Source: Octopus vulgaris
Lineage: Eukaryota
Direction of reading: 5' to 3'
Assembly: GCA_951406725.2 (NCBI GenBank)
Contig: OX597819.1
Span: 85,250,001-85,314,000, forward strand
DNA: 64,000 nucleotides
Shown here: one piece after another, positions 10,615 through 23,108 of the stretch
Numbering within the stretch: the first letter of the stretch is position 1
How the letters are laid out: each line of letters starts with the position of its first letter
The notes under the pieces: model-generated
What the model was told of the DNA's origin: nothing
The model's database searches: none
Seen by the model: the letters and a program-made list of their open reading frames with translations, nothing else
Program-made: the position numbers and the translations under genes

Positions 10615-12750
10615 ATGGAACTTTACCCGCTGGATTTTTCTCAGAAAAATATACCTATCCCTGCACGGAAACAATATCTCAAAGGTCTTATAGAGAAAAC
10701 GGAAGAGTTTATTAGAAGACTGAGATGGAAAGCCTTCTTCTTTGATAATAAACAGAAAATAGAAGGAAACAAATATGGATTTAAATCTCCCAGAAACCCG
10801 CCACCGATTCCGGAATTAGAAGCCTTCGAGAAAGACCTTTTCGAGCTTATAAGGAAAATTAAATTCCGCAAATATACCAACCAATTGCAGACAAATATGA
10901 GAGAAAAAATTAAGGAGATTAACGACTCGAATAAGATCTTCGTTAATTCTGACAAGACAAGGAACTTATATGCACTTGATAAGGACGTTTATAAACGCCT
11001 GATTTCGAATAGTGTCACGGACACATACAAAAAAGACAACACGAATATATACAAAGAGGTGAACTTAGAAGCAAGAGGAATAGCTAACGATCTTAAGATT
11101 AGCGATAGGATTGAATACCTTTCACCACGACCAGCTTTTATTACTCTGAAAGACCATAAAGCCAATTTTTGTAGAAACCCCAAATGTAGATTGATAAATC
11201 CGGCTAAAACTGAGATAGGAATTATTAGCAAAAATATTTTGGACCGTATTTTAGTTAAGTTAGATAGTGAAGTAGACTTGAGAATTTGGAAGAATAGTAA
11301 GTCAGTTATAGAGTGGTTTAAAGGTATTAGCTATAAGAATAATTGTAGTTTCACACAATTCGACATTATTGACTTTTACCCGTCAATATCTAGGACGTTG
11401 CTCCTAAGGGCATTGGACTTCGCCAAGCAGTATGTCAACATCGATAGCTCGGAAATTGAAATTATTATGCATGCGAGGAAATCGCTTCTTTTTTTCGAGG
11501 ATTCCACCTGGATTAAGAAGACTGAGGATTCTCTTTTCGATGTACCGATGGGGGCATACGACGGGGCTGAGTTATGTATGCTCATAGGAGCCTTTATTCT
11601 CCATAATCTAAAAATAGAATTCCCATTTATAGATGCAGGTTTATATAGGGATGACGGCCTTATAGCCACGCATAATCTAAACGGCCATGAATCAGATAGA
11701 CTTAGGAAGGACCTCATAGCTTTCTTTCAAAGGATGGGCTTACGGGTTACGATAGATGCTAACCTGAATAGTGTAGATTTTTTAGACGTAAATTTTAATG
11801 TAGGATCGGATAGATTTAAACCTTTCCGTAAGCCCAATGAAAAGCTATCGTATATTAGCAAAGATTCGAACCATCCACCAGTTATCCTTAGGAACTTAGT
11901 CAGCAATGTAGGTAGAAGAATATCTTCAATTTCTTCGGACGAGGCAGCATTCCATAATGCTGCACCTTATTACGATAGCGCATTAGAGAATAGTGGATTC
12001 TCTGAGAAGATCCAGTTCAACCAGCCTAATGCTGATAATAATGCTGCACGAAGAACTAGGACCAGGAAAGTTTTGTGGTTCAACCCGGCTTTCAATTTGG
12101 CCGTAAAGACTAATATAGGTAAGGAATTTTTGAGATTAGTCTCTAAGCATTTTAAGCAGGGTTATAAATTCTATAGGATATTTAACAGAAGAACCCTGAA
12201 GGTTAGCTATTCTTGTTGCAGAAAATTCGCCTCTTACATTAGCCAACATAATAGGAAGCTAATTGAGATTAGACATGGTGCCGAGACCATTAAGAAATGT
12301 AATTTCAAAAACGAAAGCTCCTGTCCGTTAGAAGGGAAATGTCTGATGAAAGGAGTAGTTTATAGAGCCAAGGTGCAAGTGGAAGGCTCATCGGAATACA
12401 AGACATACACAGGGGCTTCAGAAAATTCATTTAAAACAAGATTTTATTCTCATAAAAATTCATTTAAATACCCAGAGAATAGGAAGAAAACCAGCCTAGC
12501 AAAATATGTCTGGGAACTAAAAGAAAAGGAAGCCCCACCTTTCAACGTGACATGGAGCATTCTGGACAGGGCGGCACCATACAGGCATGGAGCTTACAAA
12601 AATAATTTCAAGTGCAAGCTTTGTCTATTAGAAAAAATGTACATCTTATTCAAAGACAATAATTCTTTGAATCAAAGAAGCGAGCTAATGAACTTATGTA
12701 GGCACGCGGCTAAATTTAAAATGTCGAATATAAATATACCATATGGATAG
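10615..12750 (+). CDS. Intact Penelope-like retroelement protein (reverse transcriptase + C-terminal GIY-YIG endonuclease), Naiad-like
   Basis: 711-aa uninterrupted ORF: N-terminal KNIPIP; RT motifs FDIIDFYPSI, MGAYDGAE, YRDDGL, DFLDV; SNHPP; WFNP; CNF..CPLEGKC; VVYRAKV..TYTG..RFYSHK; CKLCLLEK..LNQRSE..CRH. Confidence 0.93.
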   Translation: MELYPLDFSQKNIPIPARKQYLKGLIEKTEEFIRRLRWKAFFFDNKQKIEGNKYGFKSPRNPPPIPELEAFEKDLFELIRKIKFRKYTNQLQTNMREKIKEINDSNKIFVNSDKTRNLYALDKDVYKRLISNSVTDTYKKDNTNIYKEVNLEARGIANDLKISDRIEYLSPRPAFITLKDHKANFCRNPKCRLINPAKTEIGIISKNILDRILVKLDSEVDLRIWKNSKSVIEWFKGISYKNNCSFTQFDIIDFYPSISRTLLLRALDFAKQYVNIDSSEIEIIMHARKSLLFFEDSTWIKKTEDSLFDVPMGAYDGAELCMLIGAFILHNLKIEFPFIDAGLYRDDGLIATHNLNGHESDRLRKDLIAFFQRMGLRVTIDANLNSVDFLDVNFNVGSDRFKPFRKPNEKLSYISKDSNHPPVILRNLVSNVGRRISSISSDEAAFHNAAPYYDSALENSGFSEKIQFNQPNADNNAARRTRTRKVLWFNPAFNLAVKTNIGKEFLRLVSKHFKQGYKFYRIFNRRTLKVSYSCCRKFASYISQHNRKLIEIRHGAETIKKCNFKNESSCPLEGKCLMKGVVYRAKVQVEGSSEYKTYTGASENSFKTRFYSHKNSFKYPENRKKTSLAKYVWELKEKEAPPFNVTWSILDRAAPYRHGAYKNNFKCKLCLLEKMYILFKDNNSLNQRSELMNLCRHAAKFKMSNINIPYG

Positions 12751-13635
12751 AGTATATATTTTGTATTTTTGATTTTGATTTTGACTCTTGAACGATGAGC
12801 GCTACGATGGATTTTGTTTCCAAGGAATGCGGATCTTAATCCGTATAGCAAAGTCTTATGTTTCTACATATATATTAGGAAAAACCTCCAACTTTTGTTT
12901 TCATGTTATTGTATTATATAGGATTACCTTGATTATTTATATTACCTTAATTATTTATAAATGACCCAAAATAGGATGTTATATTTTATTTTATATGTCT
13001 TTCGTATATATTTTTTATTAATGCACCCATTTTTCTTTTAAAAAAAAGCAATGTTGTCAAAATTAGAATGTTGATATAAGTATGTGCATAGCAAAGCATA
13101 TGTATTTGTAAGCATGCGTATCTGTGTATGTGTAAGTGAAAGTATGTTTGTGCTTAAGCACACATATACACGACTGTATCCATTCAAACTTATGTATGTA
13201 TACTGGTCTCCATATATGCCATAATGCCGTTACACTGCTTGTATACATAATTTTTTTCTTATTTCGTTTTTTTCCCCACACCTCCTTCGTTCCTTTTTCT
13301 CTCTCTCCCTTTCTTTCGTTCCCCCCTTACTCAGTATATGAGAATCGCTACATAGATCTTTTAACTTGCGTGCGAGATGGTTTTGCGTGAATATATGTAC
13401 ACATGCTTTTATGTGTATATTTAGATTTATATTCATACGTCTGTATATGTATGGCGTTTGCACGCATAATTTTGTGTATGTTGATATATATATGTAGATT
13501 TTAATATAATTATGTATTGCAGTGTAATATTTATAACAGGTTTAATTTCTATGCATTAATTTGCACTTTCTTCATTAACGTCAATATGTATTTTATTCAA
13601 TGTAAGGTTTTTTCCTCGGATTTTATAATTTTTAT

Positions 13636-13944
13636 AAGTTTTTTATATATATATATACATATATTTTTGACCTTTTTGTTTATCGCTCGAAGATTGACCG
13701 TTTTTTCTAAAGGGCCAATCAAACAAGTCCATTTCTTTTTAAAGGTGTAGCGTTTGTAAGAGTATAGATTGAATTGATATATCAGTTCCATTCTAGCAAA
13801 AACTGTCTGATGAACGGCAACGAGAAACCCAGAGTAACAGATTTTGTTGAATTTTCTGCTGCTTAAAATAAAGCATATTACTCTACCACTGGTATTTGAG
13901 TACTCTTTTTTCCACCTTGTTTCACATTTATGTGTTTACTCCGG

Positions 13945-13945
<1 letters not shown>
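13636..13945 (+). repeat. Downstream pseudo-LTR
   Basis: Direct repeat of 10239-10548. Confidence 0.95.
13799..13845 (+). ncRNA. Minimal hammerhead ribozyme, downstream pLTR copy
   Basis: CTGT-CTGATGA-ACGGCAACGA-GAAA-CCCAGAG-TA-ACAG; stem III differs by T>C from the upstream copy. Confidence 0.8.
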
Positions 13946-13999
<54 letters not shown>

Positions 14000-14060
14000 C
14001 TGGTGGCAAAATAATTCTACAAAATTTTTTTGCCACCCTATATTGATTAATATATATATA

Positions 14061-14102
<42 letters not shown>

Positions 14103-14256
14103 TACATATATACATTTATGTAAATACACATATAGATATGTGTATATGTACATATGCACACACGCACACACCAACACACACACACATACACACACACATA
14201 TGTATATATATATATAGCCGCCATTATTGACCGCTAGTTTAAAAACTTTTTTAATT

Positions 14257-14407
14257 CACTTTGTTTATTCCCTCGTGTTTCTTTCTTTTAAAGAGCGTAG
14301 GCTCGAAACGTAAAAGACATTCTCCTCTTCCCGAGAGTTAAACTAATACACCTGTTTGTTGTTTATACAACTATCTTCGTCTTTTGTTTTTCTGTAAATT
14401 TCAACTA
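14257..14407 (+). mobile_element. Short PLE-terminus-like repeat (family B) with degenerate hammerhead-like motif, ending at TA microsatellite
   Basis: GAGC-GTAG-GCTC-GAAACGTA-AAAG followed by ...CTGTAAATTTCAACTA; homologous to the inverted copy at 57259-57409. Confidence 0.6.
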
Positions 14408-15090
14408 TGTATATATAAGTGTATATATACACATATGTATATATATATTATATATATATATGTATATATATATACATATATATATATGTATATATATACA
14501 CACGCATATATATATATATATATATGTATATATATGCATTCACATATATATGTATATATACATACATATATATATATATATACACACATATATGTATATA
14601 TATATATGTATATATATATATGTATATATAAACACATATATATATGCATATATATATACATATATATATATATATGCATATGTATAAATACATATATATG
14701 TGTTTATATATATACATATATATATGTATACATATATATATATGAATATATACATGTATATGTATATATATACATATATATATATGTATATATAAATATA
14801 TATGTATATATAAATACATACGTATATGTATATATACATATATATGTGTATGCATATATACATACATACATACATATATGTATATATGCATATACATATG
14901 TATATGTATATATACACATATATATGTATATATATATATATATATAAATATATGTGTGTGTGTGTATACATATATACATATATATATATGTATATATATC
15001 CATATTTATATGTATATGTATATATACACATATATATATATGTATATGTATATATACACATATATATGTATATATACGTATATATATATA
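14408..15090. repeat. Complex TA/CA/TG microsatellite mosaic (~680 bp)
   Basis: Directly visible; source of many spurious YI-repeat ORFs. Confidence 0.95.
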
Positions 15091-15890
15091 TTCAAATTAT
15101 TACATTATATAAAAGGGCTTAGTAAAATAAATTACTTTGCCACATACTGAACTCATTAGAAATAGTAGCTAAAAAAACTTTTTGAAAACTATTTCTAATA
15201 CTTAAAGAAAATCTCTCTCATATAGTGTTTGCTCAATTCAACTCACGAAAGTATGGGGGTAAAAAATCAAATGAAAAGGTTATTTGAGAACGTACGTTTC
15301 TAGATTAGTCAACTCGACATTTCTTTCGTCAGCTCAGAACTCCTTGGTTTGGATTTGAAAACACTGAAAGTGGGAGCATACCCTTTCGGCTTCTTATCGC
15401 TTCTGAAGATCTGCTCGAACTATCAGTGCCAGCAAACTCAAAATATGCAAGCGAAGAATTTCTGCTCTCCCCTTTCCACCAGCGTGGGTTAAAATCAGTA
15501 AACACTATGCTTTTTCGGTAAAATCCGAAGCATTAAATAGAGAGAGATGAATTATAATTTCAACAATTGAGGGTAAAATTAATTAATTATTAATCAATTT
15601 CACCAAGTATTCAGTATGCAAAGGGACCATTTAAGGCGAATTCAAATTATTACATTATATAAAAGGGCTTAGTAAAATAAATTACTTTGCCACATACTGA
15701 ACTCATTAGAAATAGTAGCTAAAAAAACTTTTTGAAAACTATTTCTAATACTTAAAGAAAATCTCTCTCATATAGTGTTTGCTCAATTCAACTCACGAAA
15801 GTATGGGGGTAAAGACATTAAAAAATCAAATGCAAAGGTTATTTGAGAACGTACGTTTCTAGATTAGTCAACTCGACATTTCTTTCGTCA

Positions 15891-15892
<2 letters not shown>
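15091..15892. mobile_element. Non-coding A-B-A element (~245-bp direct repeats 550 bp apart) embedded in (TA)n
   Basis: 15091-15333 is repeated at 15641-15892 with a 9-nt indel; TA tracts on both sides; hammerhead-like motif at 15391-15458. Confidence 0.75.
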
Positions 15893-15926
<34 letters not shown>

Positions 15927-15942
15927 TATTAGTATAATTATA

Positions 15943-16187
15943 ATTAGGGTTCAGCAAAAGAAAATTGCTTTGCTACATATCGAAATATTAGAAATAGTAG
16001 CCAAAGAACGAAAGTTCACCCGCGGGTGAACTTTTGTTATTTTCCCTCTATGCGTACGTGAACTGTTTTTTGCGTATACATTGGCTGGGAGATTCTTCTT
16101 ATACTGGAAGAAATAGCTAAGTTCTTTGGCTGCTATTTCTAAAAGTTTGGTATGTGGCAAAGCAAATTTTTTTTGCTAAGCCCTAAT
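15943..16187. repeat. MITE-like foldback with ~67-bp imperfect inverted repeats and an internal 24-bp perfect palindrome
   Basis: 15943-16009 is inverted relative to 16121-16187; AAAGTTCACCCGCGGGTGAACTTT at 16011-16034. Confidence 0.7.
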
Positions 16188-16682
16188 GTGTCCTGAATGG
16201 CACAACAAAGCTCTGTATTAACAACAATGGACTATAATAACTGTTACAATCTAATTATCCATAGTCTGGTATAATAATAGTATTTCGGAATACGGAAATT
16301 CTTTCTTCAGATATCGCTAGTAATTGTTCCAGTTACTGGTACAATCGGTTTTCCAATGGTTACTGAAATTTGTTTTTACGGTAGCGTCTCTGCAGTTGTC
16401 TCACGAAGATCTTTCCGGAATTTTTCAAGAGAAGTGCGCGATGGTGGCTATGTCTCAAGCTCGTGTGTGTTGGCATATCCACAGCGCTGCTTCTAAGTTA
16501 TGTATTATACGCGCAGTTTCTTTTTTCCTTCCTTCTTTTTTTTTTAGATAATACATGAGCGTGTTATCAAAAATGAACCTACACGCATCCAGATGTAGGT
16601 AAATAATATACTGATTGCCAACCTCAAGCCTGTTGTTAATTTGGGGCTCTAGTCTGTCTAAGAACACACACAGACACACACG

Positions 16683-16802
<120 letters not shown>

Positions 16803-16803
16803 A

Positions 16804-16873
<70 letters not shown>

Positions 16874-16908
16874 CACATATATGTATACACATATATGTAT
16901 ACACGCAC

Positions 16909-18155
16909 ATATGTTGGTGCAAAAGTTATGTCCGATTTAAAGGTAAAAATGAATAAGCCAATGACTATGGAAATATTTATTCAGTAACATACTCTCCACT
17001 GCTTTCAATGACCTCATTCTATCTTTAAACAACCTTATAAATGCCTCACTTGTAAAATTCTGTAGATTTTGAACCAAAATATAAATCCAACTCATTTTCA
17101 ATCTCTTCTCTTGTTGTTAACCTAAGTCCATCGAAATGGTTCTGTAGTCCTCGGAACAAATGGTAATCAGAAAGAGCAAAGTTAGGAGAATATGGAGGGT
17201 GAGGCAGTAATTTCCAAACAAGTTCTTCCAAGAGAGATTTGGTCACTCGAAATGTGTGAAGATGAGCATTATCGTGATGGAAGATGATACACTTTCGGTT
17301 AAACTAGGATGCTCACTTTTGGCTCAGAACTGTTTGTAAATGACGAAGTTGCTCACTGTAAAGATTAGCATTAATTGTTTGGTTGTTGTCCAATAATTCA
17401 TAATGGATTACTCCCTTAATATCTCCCCATACACTCAACATGATCTTCTTTGGATGAAGTCCTGCTCTCGGTTGTTGAACTGGCCATCCTCCTCGACTGA
17501 TCCAAGAACGGCGGAGTCTAACATTATGGTAAAGAATCCCCTTCTATCACCTGTAACAAGCCTGTCTAAAATGTTGCTTGAAAGCTATGGTTGACAACAA
17601 GCAGCACTCTGTTGTTGATTCTCTGGAAAGAGCTAGTAAGTGGCCCATTTTCCAGCCACTGAAACCATTCCAGTGTGTTTTACCTGGCGTACCACGATTG
17701 TATGGACCACGTTTAACTGTTCTGCAAGTTCCCTATTGGAAACGGTAGGTTTCTCTGAAACAAGAGCTTACAACATTTCGAAATCAAGTTCTTTTGGACG
17801 ACTTTCTTTTGGCGTCTCTCTCAAAGTGAAATCACCACTTCGGAAACGGGAAATCACCTCCTGCAACTTCTTTCATCCACTACATCATCCCCATAAGTGG
17901 TCTGAATAGATTTTGCTGCCTCACTTGCGTTCACATCTTTATGAAACTCGTAGAATAAAACATTTCTTATGTGATGGGACAAACATGGTGGTAAAATTTT
18001 CTGAGAATTATGGGCAGAAGTTAAGATAATCTGAAAGAAAATAGTACAAATTAGACACAGAGATATCTTAAAACTATAAGAAGAGATTAAATAATTGATA
18101 AATTCGCTCTGAAAATTATTTCTAGAAATCGGACATTACTTTTGCACCAACCTGA
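16909..18155 (-). mobile_element. Mariner transposon relic (cecropia/Hsmar1-like TIRs)
   Basis: TIRs GTTGGTGCAAAAGT(T/A)ATGTCCGATTT at both ends; minus-strand LLPHPPYSPNFALSDYHLF; disrupted ORF. Confidence 0.88.
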
Positions 18156-18160
18156 TACAT

Positions 18161-18275
<115 letters not shown>

Positions 18276-18576
18276 TATATATATACACACACACACATTT
18301 ATATATATACACACACATATATATATATACACACACACACACACATATATCTATATATATATATATATATATATACACTTTATATATATATATATATATA
18401 TGTATATAAAATATATACTAGAGATAAAACGAAAATTCACTAATGAGAAGACACACAATAACCTATAATAACCTCTTCTAGTCTAGTTGTGATACTTTGA
18501 CCATTTTAAGTTTGCTTTTACAAAATTTATAATTCAGTTTGCTTGAAATTAAACTTTTTTTTATTTTAGTAATAAG

Positions 18577-18640
<64 letters not shown>

Positions 18641-18650
18641 CATACATACA

Positions 18651-18713
<63 letters not shown>

Positions 18714-18845
18714 ATAATATATTAGAGATAAACCACTATTAGGCAAATCAAACAATGAAAAACTTAAGCCAATACATAATATTAATTAATTTATATTATT
18801 TTAAATATATATCAAAAGTATATATAATAAAAGATAATGAGTAAA

Positions 18846-18917
18846 ACACTACGATCGTTTCATGGCTGTCCAATTCGTAATAATTCGAGTTATGGTTACA
18901 GTCAATCTTCAGGTAAT
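18846..18917 (-). ncRNA. Hammerhead ribozyme-like motif with extended stem II
   Basis: Minus strand TAC-CTGAAGA-TTGACTGT...ACAGCCAT-GAAA-CGATCG-TA-GTG. Intact core and palindromic stem III; stems I and II imperfect. Confidence 0.6.
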
Positions 18918-19791
18918 TGAAATATTTATCTTAGCGAGGTTTAGCAATGGATATATATATATTACGTTATAGTAGAGAGGAAATAGCTAAAATTTTTTGG
19001 CTGCTATTTCTAAAAGTTCGGTGTGTGGTAAAGTAAATTATTTTACTGAACCCTAATTATATAACGTAACATTTTAAATATACGGTAAATGGTCTTTTTA
19101 CATACTGAACACTATTTGGTAAAATTATTAATTAATAATTAATTAATTTTACCCTTTTATTATTGACAATATATATATATACATATCACATATAAAGATA
19201 AATTAAATGGAGAGATATTGACAATCGAATATATAGCCATACCGGGTTTCGATTGGTATGTGTTCGATATGTAATGAAGTAAATTTCGATGGTTGTGGAT
19301 TGCACTTACTTGGTTGTATCGTCCATTAGAGTTTTTTTGTTGTTTTTTTAATTGTAATTGATGTAGGATTGAATAGTCAACGCCCATGCTCATAATACAT
19401 AGATATTTGAATTAGTTTTTACAATCCAGCCGTCCTTTCACACGGAATTTCGTCTATCTTTAAACCATAACCATGAAGTGACTTATATATATATATCAGA
19501 AAATGTAAATAAGTCGAAACAATTTGTTGGCTTTTTATGGTATTTAAAAAAAAATAATTATGTTATATAATATTATGTTATATTCGTAGTATATCATTTA
19601 ATATTATAAAATAAATAAATTATTGGATTGTCAATAATATCTCACTGTTGAATTTCTTTGTAATTGCATTATACCCATATTTATATGGTATTCAACTGAC
19701 TACCAGTGAATTGGATATTTAACACACCCCTTTGAAGGATCTCTTTTCAACAGTCTGTTACTATATACACAAACATATATACATACATACA

Positions 19792-19827
<36 letters not shown>

Positions 19828-19889
19828 TATACACACATATATATATACACATATATATGTGTATATATACACATATATATATATATATG

Positions 19890-19951
<62 letters not shown>

Positions 19952-20088
19952 GCTCACACACCTATATACATGCATATATACACAAGCACATATATTTATG
20001 TATACATATATATATACACGAACACACACACATATATATATATATGCACACTCACACACATATATATGTATACACACACACACACGTT

Positions 20089-20123
<35 letters not shown>

Positions 20124-20281
20124 GTATATATATATGGACCACCGAAATGTATAATTTGTTCTCATTTTATCGCCATAGATATGTGAAAGTCAACGTAGAG
20201 ATCATTAGGATGAAATGTAAAGTCGATTCAACCAGATTCTGGATTTTGAATGAGAAAGCAAGTGACTTAATGTTGGTTTAA

Positions 20282-20735
20282 AATTTTGGCTCGGGTCTAG
20301 CAATTCGGGGGAGCGAGTAAGTCGATTGCATCGACTCCATTGTTCAACTAGTATTTAATTCATTGATCCCCAAAGGATAAAAAGCAAAATCAACCTCAGC
20401 GTAATTTGAACTCAGATCGTAAAAACGGACCAAATGCCCTTAAGCATATGCTCGGCGTGCTAACGATTCAACCAGCGCACCGCCTTGGGGTAACTGGTGT
20501 AACAATATTAAATACTGATGTGAAAGCCTTGTAAAATGGTTTCCAATTTATGTACAAGGGCATCAATTTTAAGGGGAGGGGATTAGTCGATAAGAGCGAC
20601 CTTAGTGCTTGACTGGTATTTTATTTTATCAATCTGTTTTATCATTGAAAGGTAAATTGGGCTTGGCGAGATTTGTACTCAGAACGCAAAGAAAGAGAAG
20701 AAATAACTCCAGGTATTTTCTTTTTCTGAGGCTCT
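20282..20735 (-). mobile_element. Two degenerate tRNA-derived SINEs with Nin-type central domain
   Basis: Inverse of GAGTTCAAAT..CGCCGAGGTCGAC.TTGCCTTTCATCC..GGGGTCGAT..AGTACCAG; homologous to 31766-31998. Confidence 0.75.
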
Positions 20736-20751
20736 AGAGATTTTGTCCAGA

Positions 20752-21160
20752 AGTCTTTACTCTTTTACTTGTTTCAGTCATTTGACTGTGGCCATGCTGG
20801 AGCATCGTCTTTTTCGTCGAGCAAATCGACCCCAGGACTTATTCTTTGTAAGCCTGGTACTTATTCTGTCGGATCTCTTTTGCCGAACCGCTAAGTTATG
20901 GAGACGTAAACACACCGGTTGTCAAGCGATGTTGGGTGGGGTGGGGGACAAACACAGACACACAAACACATACACATATATACATATACATATATACGAC
21001 GGGCTTCTCTCAGTTTCCGTCTACCGTATCCACTCACAAGGCTTTAGTCGGCCAGAGGCTATAGTAGAAGACACTTGCCCAAGGTGCCACGCAGTGGAAC
21101 TGAACCCGGAACCATGTGGTTCGTAAGCAAGCTACTTACCACACAGCCACTCCTACGCCT
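20752..21160 (-). mobile_element. tRNA-derived SINE with CORE-like segment and repeated GAGTAAAA-type tail
   Basis: Minus strand AGGCGTAGGAGTGGCTGTGTGGTAAG...GGTTCCGGGTTCAGTTCC..GGCACCTTGGGCAAGTGTCTT...GACTGAAACAAGTAAAAGAGTAAAGA. Confidence 0.85.
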
Positions 21161-22239
21161 ATGTAGAATATAAAGGGACAAATTATAGAATTATTTTTCT
21201 GAGGTATGACATTTCTTCAGCTTTGAGGTTAAAGTATATTTTCGTTCCTTTTGTGAGTCATGTCATTATGGTGCTCTTCAAAATACCATATATCTTGAAA
21301 AGTTCATAAGTACTTTTCATTTGGCCTAAACTTTTCAGATTTATTCTCTTCCAAATTCCTTCTTTTGCCGTAAATGTAATATATTTATTCATTTCTGAAG
21401 ATTAAGGTATTTTATACGTTTGAGCATTTCATACATTACACTCATAAAATTCTCAAGAAATATTCCCTTTAATATCAATCCGTAAATATGTAAGATATTT
21501 TATATTTCTTCCAAGTGCCACTACATTTCCTTTAGATAGACCTACAATAACCTCTTCTAGTCGAGTTGTGATACTTTGACCAGTTCAAGTTTGCTTTTAC
21601 AAAATTTATAATTCAGTTTGCTTGGAATTAAACTGTTTTATTTTTTTATATTAGTGATAAAATTTTTACAGCCTTTGTTGTATACATTTGGGATTTCGCA
21701 AAACTTAAGTATTTCTATTTTTACTGCTTATAAATTCGATATAATGTGTGTTTTCTCATTAGTGAATTTTCGTTTTTGATTTCACTATAAAGATTTTTTT
21801 CTTTTATTCTTTAAAAACATGCTACCTTCCCATGATAATTTTGCAGTTTAAGATACTCATTCAAACAGAATTTTGAGGTCATATTGGTATTCGTCTATAG
21901 AAAATACGAGGATTGCATACTATCGACAATACCACCAAACTAATTTCATTTTCGTTATTTTTGCTTTCAGTGTAGATTTTCAAAAACGCTTATTTTCGTT
22001 GATTGTTATTTTGAATATTAATGTTTCCCTTGATATAATTTTGTTTCTGATTTCAGTTTATGCATTGCTTCATTTAACGCTGTCATTATGTATACCTGAT
22101 ATAAATTTTTCCTAGTTTACTTTAGGGATACAACTTTTTATATTAAATCTATTGCATCTAAACATATGAAGACAAACTTTTCTCGTGCAATGAAACGGAA
22201 ATGTGAATGAAGTATGATAGTTTCTTTACTAAAGTGTCT

Positions 22240-22419
<180 letters not shown>

Positions 22420-23108
22420 GTAGTACAGGAACGTATACTTATTGAATCTGTTTACAATTATCTTAAAGCTCCCATTACGAATTTTTGAAGGCTATGGAGA
22501 GGCTTTCTGCTTACATTTTCATCGTTTTTATCGATCGTGGGTTTATTCATTTCTGAAGATTAAGGTATTTTATACGTTTGAGCATTTCATACATTACAGT
22601 CATAAAATTCTCAAGATATATTCCCTTTAATATCAATCCGTAAAATATATTATCATTCATATATTTTTTGACTGAAACTATTCATTGTAATCTGTTAACC
22701 AGATTCTGTGATATCAAGTGTTGTGAATCTGAAGTATAATAATACGCTGTTAAATAAAGCCAGCGAAACTAAAGCAACGAATTGTTATATAGTCATAGAT
22801 AGGGATTACAACATGTTTATTTGCTCACACAGATACTGGACACAACCGAAAGGCTAAAGCTACTCTAAATTCAGGTTCGAATTTCACCTTCCATAGCTAT
22901 TGTTTTGACATATCTATAGGACTAAACCTTTAACATGACGTCCCATTGCGACTGTCACATGACCTTAATAAACGGACATAAAGGAAAGCAGAACGACCCG
23001 AGTCACACTCTCTATAAAAGCAGGCGATGTATGGAAATATATATTTTGCAACACAACTCACCTTCGTCATAACGTACACTTTTGAAAGTCACTCAAATTT
23101 GAAATATA

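Larger units (their letters stand above)
10239..13945 (+). mobile_element. Complete PLE in partial-tandem configuration (pLTR-ORF-3'UTR/pLTR) ending at (TA)n
   Basis: 310-bp terminal direct repeats, intact ORF, a hammerhead in each repeat, 3' end abutting (TA)n at 13946. Confidence 0.92.

Noticed and set aside
12751-13635. SECIS or selenoprotein status of the intact PLE
   Set aside because: The ORF has no in-frame TGA, ends in TAG, and no SECIS-like fold was seen.
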